Of a stretch of DNA of 64,000 nt, positions 20,327 through 29,970 are shown piece by piece (the stretch's first letter is position 1; the number at the start of each line of letters is the position of its first letter). Source of the DNA: Myxococcaceae bacterium. GTDB taxonomy: Bacteria > Myxococcota > Myxococcia > Myxococcales > Myxococcaceae. The notes under the pieces were generated by a model. That model was not told where the DNA came from, did not search any database, and saw only the letters and a program-made list of their open reading frames with translations. The stretch spans positions 11,278 through 75,277 of the forward strand of contig DATHBR010000035.1 in the NCBI GenBank assembly GCA_035296065.1. The letters are read 5' to 3'. Both the position numbers and the translations under genes were made by a program.

Positions 20327-21106
20327 ATGAACCTCGAGCAGGCGATGCAGGACTTCATTCAGCGCACCCCCCTGGCGATGCTGGGTGTCATCACCGCGGT
20401 GGGCTTCGCGGGGATCTACTTCGGCCTTGGAGGGCTGGGGTGGCTGATGGCCCGCCGCGTGCTGCCCCGGTGGGGCGTGGGCCGGGTCATCGACGAGCGG
20501 CCCCTGCGCCCCGGCCAGGTGCGCGAGGAGGTGCGCTGGTCGCTGGTGTCCATCGCCATCTTTGGCGGCTATGGCGCGCTCACCCTGTGGCTGGGCACGC
20601 GGGGGTTCGCCACCCTTCGCTGGGAGCTGACGGCGGGCGGGCTGCTGAGGGATCTGGTGGTGCTGGCGATCTGGAACGAGGTGCACTTCTACGTGTGCCA
20701 CCGCCTGCTGCACACGCGGTGGCTGTTCCGGCACGTGCACTCGGTGCACCACCGCTCGCGGGTGCCCACGCCGTTCTCCACCTACGCCTTCCACCCCGTG
20801 GAGGCCACGCTGCTGGGCAGCGTGATGGTGCTGCTGCAGCTGTTCTACGACGTGAGCATCTACGGGGCGATCTTCTACCCGCTGGTGAGCCTGACCATGA
20901 ACACGCTGGGGCACCTGAACTACTCGGTGCTGCCGGGACACTGGTGGTCCGCGCCGCTGCGCGCCAGCGAGCACCACGGGCTGCACCACCGCAAGGTGCA
21001 GGGCAACTACGGCTTCCAGCTGCCCGTGCTCGATCAGGTGCTGGGCACCGAGTTGTCCGCCTCGGGCCCCGCCCCCGCAGCCGCCGAGCCGGCCCGGCCC
21101 GCCTGA
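20327..21106 (+). CDS. Fatty acid hydroxylase / sterol desaturase family integral membrane protein
   Basis: Histidine boxes HFYVCHRLLH, HSVHH, HHGLHH. Multiple TM helices. Confidence 0.85.
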   Translation: MNLEQAMQDFIQRTPLAMLGVITAVGFAGIYFGLGGLGWLMARRVLPRWGVGRVIDERPLRPGQVREEVRWSLVSIAIFGGYGALTLWLGTRGFATLRWELTAGGLLRDLVVLAIWNEVHFYVCHRLLHTRWLFRHVHSVHHRSRVPTPFSTYAFHPVEATLLGSVMVLLQLFYDVSIYGAIFYPLVSLTMNTLGHLNYSVLPGHWWSAPLRASEHHGLHHRKVQGNYGFQLPVLDQVLGTELSASGPAPAAAEPARPA

Positions 21107-21221
21107 GCCCTGCGTCCCGCGGTCCTTGACATGCCGCGTCAAACCGGGGCTGGGGGGCGGGGTTCGTTTTGAACCCCAGCAGCTTGCATCCCACCGGGGG
21201 TCACGTGGATAAGAGGGCGCC

Positions 21222-22649
21222 ATGAACAACACCACCGTACTTGCCTCCTCCGATCGCATCTGGGAGCAGGAGATCGTCCCGCAGCTGAAGCGCTACATCC
21301 GCATCCCCAACAAGTCGCCCTCCTTCGAGCCCGACTGGGTGAAGAAGGGCCACATGGAGCAGGCGGTGAAGCTCATCGCCGACTGGGCGCAGGGCCAGGC
21401 GGCCCACATTCCTGGGCTGAAGGTGGAGGTGGTGCGGCTGCAGAACGAGAAGGGCGAGCCGCGCACGCCGGTCATCTACATGGAGATTCCGGGCGAGGGG
21501 AAGGACACCGTCCTGCTCTACGGCCACCTGGACAAGCAGCCGGAGATGACGGGCTGGCGGCAGGGGCTGAGCCCCTGGGAGCCGGTGCGCGAGGGCGACA
21601 AGCTGTACGGGCGCGGCGGAGCGGATGATGGGTACTCGGCGTTCGCGTCGCTGGCGGCCATCCGGCTGCTGCGCGAGCAGAAGATCTCCCACTCGCGCTG
21701 CGTGGTGCTGATCGAGGCGTGCGAGGAGAGCGGCTCGTACGACTTGCCGGCGTACATCGAGGCGCTGGCGCCGCGCATCGGGCAGCCCAGCCTGGTGGTG
21801 TGCCTGGACTCGGGCTGCGCCAACTACGAGCAGCTGTGGATGACGACGAGCCTGCGCGGCCTGGTGTCGGGCAACCTGCGGGTGGACATCCTCACCGAGG
21901 GCGTGCACTCGGGCGATGCGAGCGGGCTGGTGCCCTCGTCGTTCCGGATCCTGCGCCAGCTGCTGGACCGGGTGGACGACGTGGCCACGGGGCGGGTGCG
22001 CGTCGAGGGGCTGCACGTGCAGATTCCGCAGGCGCGGCAGGAGCAGGCCAAGGCGGTGGCGAAGGTGCTGGGCACGGAGGTGTATGACCGCTTCCCGTGG
22101 GTGCAGGGCTCGCGGCCCGTGAGCAATGACGGCACGGAGCTGATCCTCAACCGCACGTGGCGGCCGGCGCTGTCGGTGACGGGCGTGGACGGCCTGCCGC
22201 CCCTGGGCAGCGCGGGCAACGTGCTGCGCCCCTACACCTCGGTGAAGCTGAGCATGCGCATTCCTCCGCGGCTGGACCCGGTCGCGGCGACGAAGGCGCT
22301 GAAGGAGACGCTGGAGAGCAACCCGCCGTACGGGGCGAAGGTGACGTTCGACGGCGAGAAGGCGAGCGCGGGCTGGGACGCGCCGGCGCTGTCTCCGTGG
22401 CTGGAGAAGGCGACGGCGGAGGCGAGCCAGGCGTTCTTCGGCAAGCCCTTCATGGCGATGGGCGAGGGCGGCACGATTCCGTTCATGGAGATGCTGGGCA
22501 AGCGCTTCCCCGAGGCGCAGTTCCTGATCACCGGCGTGCTGGGGCCGGGCTCCAACGCGCACGGGCCGAACGAGTTCCTGCACATCCCGACGGGCAAGAA
22601 GCTCACGGCCTGCGTGGCCAGCGTGGTGTCCGCGCACTTCAAGCGCTAG
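21222..22649 (+). CDS. M20 family dipeptidase
   Basis: LYGHLDKQP and GRGGADDGY motifs, 475 aa. Confidence 0.9.
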   Translation: MNNTTVLASSDRIWEQEIVPQLKRYIRIPNKSPSFEPDWVKKGHMEQAVKLIADWAQGQAAHIPGLKVEVVRLQNEKGEPRTPVIYMEIPGEGKDTVLLYGHLDKQPEMTGWRQGLSPWEPVREGDKLYGRGGADDGYSAFASLAAIRLLREQKISHSRCVVLIEACEESGSYDLPAYIEALAPRIGQPSLVVCLDSGCANYEQLWMTTSLRGLVSGNLRVDILTEGVHSGDASGLVPSSFRILRQLLDRVDDVATGRVRVEGLHVQIPQARQEQAKAVAKVLGTEVYDRFPWVQGSRPVSNDGTELILNRTWRPALSVTGVDGLPPLGSAGNVLRPYTSVKLSMRIPPRLDPVAATKALKETLESNPPYGAKVTFDGEKASAGWDAPALSPWLEKATAEASQAFFGKPFMAMGEGGTIPFMEMLGKRFPEAQFLITGVLGPGSNAHGPNEFLHIPTGKKLTACVASVVSAHFKR

Positions 22650-22735
22650 CGCCGCAGCTCATGCAGGATGGCACCGTGCTCCGGGTTGGCCGGGGCACGG
22701 TACGACGGACCATTCAAGACCTCCGGTGGCCCACC

Positions 22736-24178
22736 TTAGCGCGGCTGCCGCCGCTTGAAGCGCAGGCGCACTCCCTCGGGCTGCACGGTGAACGCGTTGA
22801 CTTCGCGCACCGGCGCGGACGGGTCCACCGCCTCCACCTCGAAGTGCCGCAGCACCATGCCAGTGACGAGCGCGCACTCGATGAGCGCCAGGCTGCGCCC
22901 GGGGCACACCCGGCTGCCAGCACCGAAGGGCATCATCAGCCGGGCCGAGTGCGGCAGCGTGTCGGGCGGAGGCTGGGGTAACCAGCGCTCCGGGCGGAAG
23001 CGCTCCGCGTCACCGAAGTAGGCGTTGTCCAGGCACGGCAGCCGGGTGAGCACGATGATGCCGCGGCCCTTCGGCACCGCCACTGCCTCCACCACCGTGT
23101 CCGCATTGGCCTCGAAGTACATCAGCGGCACGGGCGAGCGCAGCCGCAGCGCCTCCTGGGCAACGCCCGCCACATAGTGAAGCTGCTTGAGGTGCGCCAT
23201 CGTGGCAATGGCCTCGGCGCCCAACACCGCGTCCACCTCCTCCCGCGCCCGGGCCTGCACCGCTGGCATCACGCTCAGGAAGTGCAGCATCCAGGTGAGC
23301 GTGTTGGCCGTGGTGTCCTCGCCGGCCAACAGCAGCGTCACCACGTTGGAGTACACCTCCGAATCGGACAACCGCGCCCCACCCTCTTCATCCTGCGCCA
23401 CCAGCATCGCGTCCAGCAGGGTGCGCGGCTTGACGGCCCGCTCGGGCTCGCGCTCCAGCGTGCGGCGCGCCTCATCGATGATCTCCAGGAGCACCTTGCG
23501 CGTGGCGGCCAGGGCCTGATCCACCCGCCGGGCGCTGGGCAGAAGCTTCCAGTAGGGGAACGGCGCCACCACCCGCTGTTGAATCGCCGGGAAGATGACT
23601 TCCAGGTGGCGCTGCAGAGCGTCCGGGCCTTTCAGCTGCGTGTCGATATCCTTGCCGAAGGCCACGATGGAGGTGACGTCCACCGTGTAGCGCATCAGCA
23701 TGGAGAGCATGTCCACGGAGCTGCTGTCCTGGGCGGCGCGCTCGAGCAGGCCCTGCAGCCGTTGAGTCAACGTGACCAGCGCGGGGTAGAAAGTCTCCAG
23801 GTGCGCGGCCTGAAAGCCGGGGTTGAGCAGCTTGCGCTGGCGACGCCAGTTCTCCCCCTCGGCGCCGAAGACGCCCAGCACGCCCATGTCCGCCATGGTC
23901 GCTTCGATGCTCCGGATGCGCCGGAAGGCCGCCGGCCGGTCCACCAGTACCTTGCGGATCGCCTCGGGGTTGGAGAGGACGAGCGTGGGACTGGGGCCGA
24001 GGTTGCACCGATAGACCGGACCGTAGCGCCGCGCCCAATCCTCGAGCGTCAGGTGAATCGTCTCAGGCCGAATCGCCAGGGCATTGCCCAGCAGAGGCAG
24101 TGGACGCGGCCCCGGGAGGGTCTTCAGCGCGCGGGGCGTAGAGGTGGCTTGGGCAGGGGCAGCAGTGGGTTCCATACG
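22736..24178 (-). CDS. Cytochrome P450
   Basis: FGAGSRVCPGRSLA heme loop and AGEDTT I-helix. Start at internal MEPTAAP (ATG at 24176-24178). Confidence 0.9.
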   Translation of the reverse strand, partial: RMEPTAAPAQATSTPRALKTLPGPRPLPLLGNALAIRPETIHLTLEDWARRYGPVYRCNLGPSPTLVLSNPEAIRKVLVDRPAAFRRIRSIEATMADMGVLGVFGAEGENWRRQRKLLNPGFQAAHLETFYPALVTLTQRLQGLLERAAQDSSSVDMLSMLMRYTVDVTSIVAFGKDIDTQLKGPDALQRHLEVIFPAIQQRVVAPFPYWKLLPSARRVDQALAATRKVLLEIIDEARRTLEREPERAVKPRTLLDAMLVAQDEEGGARLSDSEVYSNVVTLLLAGEDTTANTLTWMLHFLSVMPAVQARAREEVDAVLGAEAIATMAHLKQLHYVAGVAQEALRLRSPVPLMYFEANADTVVEAVAVPKGRGIIVLTRLPCLDNAYFGDAERFRPERWLPQPPPDTLPHSARLMMPFGAGSRVCPGRSLALIECALVTGMVLRHFEVEAVDPSAPVREVNAFTVQPEGVRLRFKRRQPR

Positions 24179-24212
24179 TGCAGAGCTTACCTTCCCTGCC
24201 CACCCCAGGGAC

Positions 24213-26270
24213 CTACCCCCGGGGGCGGCGCAGGCGGGTGAGTGCAAGCAGCAGTAGCAGCGAGCCCCACCCGAGCGCGCTGCCCGGGTGCGCGCCACAG
24301 CCACAGCCCACGTCCTCGGGGGTAGGCAGGGGCTCCACCGTCACGTTGAACTGGCACGTGGACTTGTTGCCCCCCTGGTCCGTGGCGGTGACGGTGACGC
24401 GCGTGCTCTCTCCGGCTGGGAAGAGCGTTCCCTCGGGCGGCTCGTACACCAGGGACACCTGCGAGGCCGTGTCCAGGACCTTGACCTCGGGGTAGTCCAC
24501 CACGGTCCCCTCGGCGCTGGCGGCGTCGACCAACAGGCCGCGGGGACAGGTGAGCGCGGGAGCCGCGGAGTCGCGCATCGTCACCTGGAAGGTGCACACC
24601 GACACATTGCCCGCCTCATCGCGCGCCTGGACGCTCACCGCGGTGCTGCCCACCGGGAAGGCCGTGCCCGGCGGGTGGCTGTACTCGAGCTGGGGCTCGT
24701 CGGTGAGATCGTCCGTGGCGGTCACCGAGTACCGCACGGGCGTGCCGGGGAAGCTCGTCGCCTCGAACACCATGTCCGAGGGACACTCCAGCAGCGGCGG
24801 CTCCCGATCGCACAGATCCACCGACCACAGCGCTTCGCCGGCACTGGGGCTCCAGGCGAAGAAGAAGAGCCTCAAGCCCACGCGCGTCAGGCCGTGCGGA
24901 GCCGAGTTGGCGGGGCCCGGGGCAATGTCCATCACCTGTACGGTGCCCTCCGGCGTCCCATCGCTCTTCCAAAGTTCCTGGCCACTCAACCCGTCACTGG
25001 CCGCGAAGTAGAGCGAGTTGCCCACGCCGCGCAGGTTGGACAGCTCCGCGCCCCCGTCCCCGCGGAAGATGTCCTTGACCAGGTAGGTGCCTGCATCCCC
25101 CTCCCTGCTCACCCACAGCTCGGAGCCTGTGACGGGATCGAACGCCTCGAAGAAGACCTTCTTGCCGGCCGCCGTCAGCTTCTGTCCTCCCTCGAGGTTG
25201 GGCCCGGGGAAGGCGTCACGGATGAGGCCCGTTCCCCCGGGCGTCCCGTCGCTCACCCACAGCTCGCGGCCCGTCTTCCCATCATCCGCGATGAAGTACA
25301 GCCTGCCCTGGGCGATGATCAGCTCCGTGGGCGACGAGTCGGCGAAGCCCTCCCAGATGTCCTTCACCCGGGTGGTGCCCTCGAGCGTCCCGTCGCTCGT
25401 CCACAGCTCGCGTCCCAGCGGCCCGTCATCCGCGGAGAAGTAGAGCCTGCCGTTCATCACCACCGGCGAGCCGGGGGAGGAGCCATTGCGGACCACGGGC
25501 CAGATGTCCTTCACCATCGCGGTGCCCGACGGGGTGCCGTCGCTGCGCCACAGCTCCTCGCCGCGGAAGCCGTCTTCCCCCACGAACAGGACGCTGTCGC
25601 CCAGCGCCCTCATCCGAGAGATGGAGCCGCCGACCTGCCCGGGCAGCACGTCCTTCAGGAACGTCACGCCGCCGTCGGTGCGCTCGTACTTCCACAGCTC
25701 CCTGCCGCTCGTGCCGTCGTTGGCGGCGAAGAAGACCCGGTCACCCGCGATGGTGATCTCCTCCGGGCTCGAGCTGCCCGCCCCCGCGAGCACGTCCGTC
25801 ACCCTCACCGTGCCCTGCTCCGTCCCGTCACTGCGCCACAGCTCTCTTCCGGACGTCCCATCGTTGGCGGCGAAGTAGAGGCCTCCATGGCCCACCACCA
25901 GTTGCTGGATGTCCGAGCCCCCGGGGCCTGGCCGGATGTCCCTCACCCGCTGCGTGCCATCCGGACCGCCGTCGCTGCGCCACAGCTCTCTGCCAGCATC
26001 GTCGCTGCCGACGAAATAGAGCGTCCCGTTGGCGGCCGCCGTGAACCCCGTCACCGTGGGGCCGGCGTCAGGTGCCGGGCCCGCGGGCCGCGGATCCAGG
26101 TCTTTGACGAGCATGGGCGACGAGCACTGGTTGTCCAGGCCCGCGCGCTGGTGTGCTCCCGGCCAATCCCCTTCCATGCCGGACTGTGGGCCGCAGCCCA
26201 TCGTGCCTGCGTAGAAGTACCCGCCCATGCACAGCACGAACACGGCGAGACCAAGGGCCCTGGAACGCAT
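24213..26270 (-). CDS. ELWxxDGT-repeat beta-propeller protein with HYR-like domains and MYXO-CTERM-like sorting tail
   Basis: Repeats of RELW[RKT]SDGT (more than 8). CTFQVTM / STCQFNVTV HYR-like modules. C-terminal GCGCG + hydrophobic + RLRRPRG tail. Signal peptide. Confidence 0.85.
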   Translation of the reverse strand: MRSRALGLAVFVLCMGGYFYAGTMGCGPQSGMEGDWPGAHQRAGLDNQCSSPMLVKDLDPRPAGPAPDAGPTVTGFTAAANGTLYFVGSDDAGRELWRSDGGPDGTQRVRDIRPGPGGSDIQQLVVGHGGLYFAANDGTSGRELWRSDGTEQGTVRVTDVLAGAGSSSPEEITIAGDRVFFAANDGTSGRELWKYERTDGGVTFLKDVLPGQVGGSISRMRALGDSVLFVGEDGFRGEELWRSDGTPSGTAMVKDIWPVVRNGSSPGSPVVMNGRLYFSADDGPLGRELWTSDGTLEGTTRVKDIWEGFADSSPTELIIAQGRLYFIADDGKTGRELWVSDGTPGGTGLIRDAFPGPNLEGGQKLTAAGKKVFFEAFDPVTGSELWVSREGDAGTYLVKDIFRGDGGAELSNLRGVGNSLYFAASDGLSGQELWKSDGTPEGTVQVMDIAPGPANSAPHGLTRVGLRLFFFAWSPSAGEALWSVDLCDREPPLLECPSDMVFEATSFPGTPVRYSVTATDDLTDEPQLEYSHPPGTAFPVGSTAVSVQARDEAGNVSVCTFQVTMRDSAAPALTCPRGLLVDAASAEGTVVDYPEVKVLDTASQVSLVYEPPEGTLFPAGESTRVTVTATDQGGNKSTCQFNVTVEPLPTPEDVGCGCGAHPGSALGWGSLLLLLALTRLRRPRG

Positions 26271-26321
26271 CGCGGATCCTCCACTGGCTGGATGCGCCAA
26301 GCATAGCCAGCCAGCGGGGGA

Positions 26322-28697
26322 TCAGGCCGCTCCCTCTTCGAATGCAGAGGGCTTGAAGTACAGCTCGAACAGTCCTCCGAGGAAGAACCGCCCGAAGCGG
26401 CCCACCGCCTCCAGCTGCTCCTTCACGCTGGGTGCGTGTGTCACCCGGAACGTGGAGCACTGGCGGGCGAAGTCATCGACGGAGATCTTCAGCATGCCCT
26501 TGTAGGCCTCGGAGGCCTCAAGCCCCTCGCCGCGCCACACGGTGACGAACAGGGTGGTGGTGTCCTCCCAGAAGTCGATGCCCGGATCGTCCGTGAGCCG
26601 CTTGAAGCCCTCGAGGAAGAAGCGCTCGCCCTCGCGCGACAGCAGGTGCAGCTTGTAGCGCAGCTGCTCGTAGGTGGGCCGCTCGGGGTCCGGCACCAGC
26701 ACGTGGAGCACGCCGTGCGTCACCGTCAGCGAGTGCGCGGACAGCGCGGGCGCCATCACCACCCCTGTCACCTCCATGGGGTGCTCGGAGTCGGCCAGCA
26801 TGCCGTTCAAGTCGTCCACCAGCACGGTGATGACGAAGCGCAGCTCCGAGGCCCCGGGCCGATCCGGGTGGGCGGCCTGGCGGTAGTCCAGGTCCACCGC
26901 GTCCGAGACGAAGCCCTTGAGGCTCTCGGTGAAGCGGATGCCAATGGGCAGCGGCGCCTCGGGGGACGGCAGCTCGGACAGGGGCGAGTAGTCGATGCGC
27001 CACCCCTGGCGCTGGGCCAGCTTGGCGCTGAAGCGCTCGGCCACGGCGGAGATGGTGAGCAGGGGGTTGGCGCCCAGCGAGCGCGGAATGGCGGCCCCAT
27101 CACACACGTAGAGGCCCGGGTGCACGCCGGTGCCCTCGTCGCCGGAGAAGACGCGGCCCTCGTCGTCCACCACGCCCTGGGTGGCGTCATCGCCCATCAC
27201 GCAGCCCCCCAGCGGGTGGGTGACGAGCAGGGCGTTGTCCAGCAACCGGGCCCCCACCGGGTTGCGCACGAAGGTGCCGCCCAGCGCGGCCACGGCCTGG
27301 CGAATCTTCGCCTCGGCGCGCAGGAAGCCCTCCTGCCGGCCCGCACCGGGCCACACGGCGCGCAGCGAGTCTCCCTCCAGCCGCAGCTCGCCGTCGCCCT
27401 CGTCGTGCGTCATGGCGAACAGCGTCTGCGTGTTGTGGATGGCGCCATGGTAGGGCCCGCGCACCAGGCTCTCCGCGACACGGGCCTGCTCCTGCATGGC
27501 GTCGATGACGCCATCGTCCGTGTCCTCGCCGATCAGCGGAGACATGGCGGCGAACAGCGCGGGCAGGTAGCCGGCCAGCGCCGCGGGCACCACGCCCTCC
27601 TCGATCACCATGCCCTCGTCCACGTTCGCCGCGTCGCGCGTGTCGATGATGCCGGTGATGGTGGGGCCCACGGGCTCGGGGTCCTTCAGCTCGTGGTCGC
27701 CGTGGGCAACGGCGTTCACCGGCACGTCCAGGTTGTACCCGAACGCCATCACGTCCCCGTTGCCGGAGAAGTGCTTGCCCAGCTGGGAGGACGTCCTGAG
27801 CCCCGCCTCGCGCGAGCGCAGCAGCAGCTCCGTGGTGCCCAGCGTGCCGGCGGCGAGGATGACGCGATCGGCGGTGAGGAACTGCAGCGGCGCGTCGAAC
27901 AGCTCTCGCCCCACGCCCACCAGCCGGTAGTACACGCGCCAGCAGTCCCCGGCGCGCTCCACGTGGTGCACGGCCACCTGGGTGAACAGGTCAGCGCCAT
28001 GGCGCTGAGCGTCCGGCAGGTAGTTCATCTGCATCGTGTTCTTGGCGCCCACGTTGCAGCCGCTGGCGCAGTCGCCGCACAGCGTGCAGGCGCCCTGCCG
28101 CACCCCCGCGGGGTTGACGCCCGAGGTGAAGTTCACCGCCAGGGGTGGGCGGTAGAACCTGCCCCCCGTGGCCTTGGCCGAGAGCTCCAGCGCATCCAGC
28201 TTGCGCAGCCGCGGGTGCTTCTGCGGGTAGGCCTGCACGGCGAGCATCCGCTCGACGTGGCTGAAGCAGTCCTCCAGCATGCCCCCCACGTCCTCGCGGA
28301 AGCGGGCGGGCCAGCTCTCCTCCCGCAGCACGCGCGGATCCGGCCGCAGCGCCACGCTGGCGTTGATCAGCGAGGTGCCGCCCAGGCCGCACCCGGTGAC
28401 GACGGCCAGGTCTCCCAGCAGGTGCAGCTGGAGCAGGCCCGTGGGAGAGCCCACCTTCAGCTTGCCGAACATCGAGCCCCCAGGCCCCGTCACCTGCGTC
28501 TCGCGCAGGAACTGGGTGCTGTTCTTGGGGAACTCTCCGGGCAGCCGCTCCTTCCCTCGCTCCAGCACACAGACTTTCTGGCCCGCCCGAGCCAGCCGCG
28601 AGGCGGCAATGGCTCCTCCGTAACCAGAACCAACGACAACCACGGGCCAGTGCCCGCTCAACCTACCGAGGGAAGAAGACAGCGGTCTCATTGTCAC
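26322..28697 (-). CDS. GMC family FAD-dependent oxidoreductase (cholesterol-oxidase-like) with ~250-aa C-terminal extension
   Basis: Rossmann motif VVVGSGYGGAIAASRLA, 791 aa. Confidence 0.85.
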   Translation of the reverse strand: MTMRPLSSSLGRLSGHWPVVVVGSGYGGAIAASRLARAGQKVCVLERGKERLPGEFPKNSTQFLRETQVTGPGGSMFGKLKVGSPTGLLQLHLLGDLAVVTGCGLGGTSLINASVALRPDPRVLREESWPARFREDVGGMLEDCFSHVERMLAVQAYPQKHPRLRKLDALELSAKATGGRFYRPPLAVNFTSGVNPAGVRQGACTLCGDCASGCNVGAKNTMQMNYLPDAQRHGADLFTQVAVHHVERAGDCWRVYYRLVGVGRELFDAPLQFLTADRVILAAGTLGTTELLLRSREAGLRTSSQLGKHFSGNGDVMAFGYNLDVPVNAVAHGDHELKDPEPVGPTITGIIDTRDAANVDEGMVIEEGVVPAALAGYLPALFAAMSPLIGEDTDDGVIDAMQEQARVAESLVRGPYHGAIHNTQTLFAMTHDEGDGELRLEGDSLRAVWPGAGRQEGFLRAEAKIRQAVAALGGTFVRNPVGARLLDNALLVTHPLGGCVMGDDATQGVVDDEGRVFSGDEGTGVHPGLYVCDGAAIPRSLGANPLLTISAVAERFSAKLAQRQGWRIDYSPLSELPSPEAPLPIGIRFTESLKGFVSDAVDLDYRQAAHPDRPGASELRFVITVLVDDLNGMLADSEHPMEVTGVVMAPALSAHSLTVTHGVLHVLVPDPERPTYEQLRYKLHLLSREGERFFLEGFKRLTDDPGIDFWEDTTTLFVTVWRGEGLEASEAYKGMLKISVDDFARQCSTFRVTHAPSVKEQLEAVGRFGRFFLGGLFELYFKPSAFEEGAA

Positions 28698-28706
28698 TTC
28701 CGAGCC

Positions 28707-29423
28707 TCAGCGGCTCGTCCACCAGTTCTTGAATTGCTTCCAGGAGATCTTCCCGGTGCGCTCGGTGTCGATGATGTCGAACGCGATGGCCAGCTCGTCG
28801 TCGGTGATGTTCTGGCCCAGCGCCTCGAGCAGCCGTGCGAAGCCGGGGGCCTCGATGTAACCCGTGCGGTTGCGATCATACTTCTGGAAGATATCCAGCA
28901 GCTCGTTGCCAGAGCTGGTCAGGTCATCCACGGCGGCATGCTCGGGCGCCAGCGGCTGGGTGCCGGCGGAGGTCGTCTCCACCACCTCGACGAGCGGCTG
29001 GGCGGACTGGGAGCTCGCGTGGGAGGACCCACGCAGGCTGCGGATCGCCTGGCCCACCGTCTGCTCGGACTGGGCGCTGGGCTGAGGCTCGGCCGCCTTG
29101 GGGCTGCTGGGCGGCGGCGTCTTGCGGGCCTGGGTGCTGGGGGCCTTGCGGGTGGACTTCCGTGCGGCGGCCTTCTGCGGCGCGGCCCTGGCAGCCGTCT
29201 TCGCGGCGCCCTTCTTCGCGGCGGCCTTCTGCGGCGCGGCCTTCTTTGCGGCGGCGGCCTTCTTCGGCGCGGCCTTCTTCGGCGCGGCCTTCTTCGCGGC
29301 GCTCTTCTTCGGCGCGGCCTTCTTCGCGGCGGCCTTCTTCGGCGCGGCCTTCTTCACGGCGGCCTTCTTCGCCGGCTTCTTCTTGGCGGCAGCGGCCTTC
29401 TTCGTCGGCTTCTTCTTCGCCAT
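28707..29423 (-). CDS. Histone H1-like lysine/alanine-rich protein fused to a C-terminal EF-hand-like pair
   Basis: N-terminal (KKAAP/AKKAA)n repeats over ~95 aa. C-terminus carries DRNRTGYIE and DTERTGKIS loops. Confidence 0.8.
   Translation of the reverse strand: MAKKKPTKKAAAAKKKPAKKAAVKKAAPKKAAAKKAAPKKSAAKKAAPKKAAPKKAAAAKKAAPQKAAAKKGAAKTAARAAPQKAAARKSTRKAPSTQARKTPPPSSPKAAEPQPSAQSEQTVGQAIRSLRGSSHASSQSAQPLVEVVETTSAGTQPLAPEHAAVDDLTSSGNELLDIFQKYDRNRTGYIEAPGFARLLEALGQNITDDELAIAFDIIDTERTGKISWKQFKNWWTSR
29130..29410. repeat. Coding tandem repeat (15/30-bp period, gccttcttcggcgcggc units) encoding the KA-rich tail
   Basis: Seen in the sequence. In-frame, so not CRISPR. Confidence 0.8.
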
Positions 29424-29556
29424 TCGTTATTCCCCTCCGAGGGTGGGGCGCATCGTATATGTCCGGCCGCCAACACGTCAGCGATTCGATGACGGAGGCC
29501 CCCGGCTGGCTGCTCGGCGCCCCTGTTGCGCGTCGCGTCGCGGTGTGATCCGCGCT

Positions 29557-29955
29557 ATGAGCGGGGGGATGAGAATCCTGCACACCATGCTGCGCGTGGG
29601 GGACCTGGAGCGCTCTCTGGACTTCTATACCCGCGTGCTGGGTATGAAGCTGCTCAGGCGCAAGGACTACCCAGACGGTAAGTTCACCCTGGCCTTCGTG
29701 GGCTATGGCCCCGAGGACAGCCACCCGGCGCTGGAGCTCACCCACAACTGGGGCACGGAGAAGTACGAGTTGGGCAACGCGTACGGTCACATCGCCCTGG
29801 GGGTGCAGGACATCCGCGCCACGTGCGAGGCCATCCGCCAGGCGGGCGGGAAGATCGTCCGCGAGCCGGGGCCAATGAAGCATGGCACCACGGTGATTGC
29901 CTTCGTCGAGGACCCGGACGGCTACCGGGTGGAACTGATCGAGCAGCGGAACTGA
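29557..29955 (+). CDS. gloA: Lactoylglutathione lyase (glyoxalase I)
   Basis: [30 protein letters not shown] is near-identical in pattern to the E. coli GloA N-terminus. The alternative start is 12 nt downstream at 29569. Confidence 0.9.
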   Translation: MSGGMRILHTMLRVGDLERSLDFYTRVLGMKLLRRKDYPDGKFTLAFVGYGPEDSHPALELTHNWGTEKYELGNAYGHIALGVQDIRATCEAIRQAGGKIVREPGPMKHGTTVIAFVEDPDGYRVELIEQRN

Positions 29956-29970
29956 GAAAAGGAGCTCCCC

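Noticed and set aside
21158-21176. GGGGTTC-gtttt-GAACCCC hairpin after the desaturase gene as an intrinsic terminator
   Set aside because: The stem is short and has no downstream T-run. It is a possible weak structure only.
29130-29410. Regular short tandem repeats considered as a possible CRISPR array
   Set aside because: The units are contiguous (no spacers), in-frame, and encode the lysine/alanine tail of the histone-like protein.
26436-29492. 1018-aa plus-strand ORF
   Set aside because: It is antisense to the GMC oxidoreductase and the histone-like gene. Its poly-R/L/G tail mirrors the KA repeats on the other strand.
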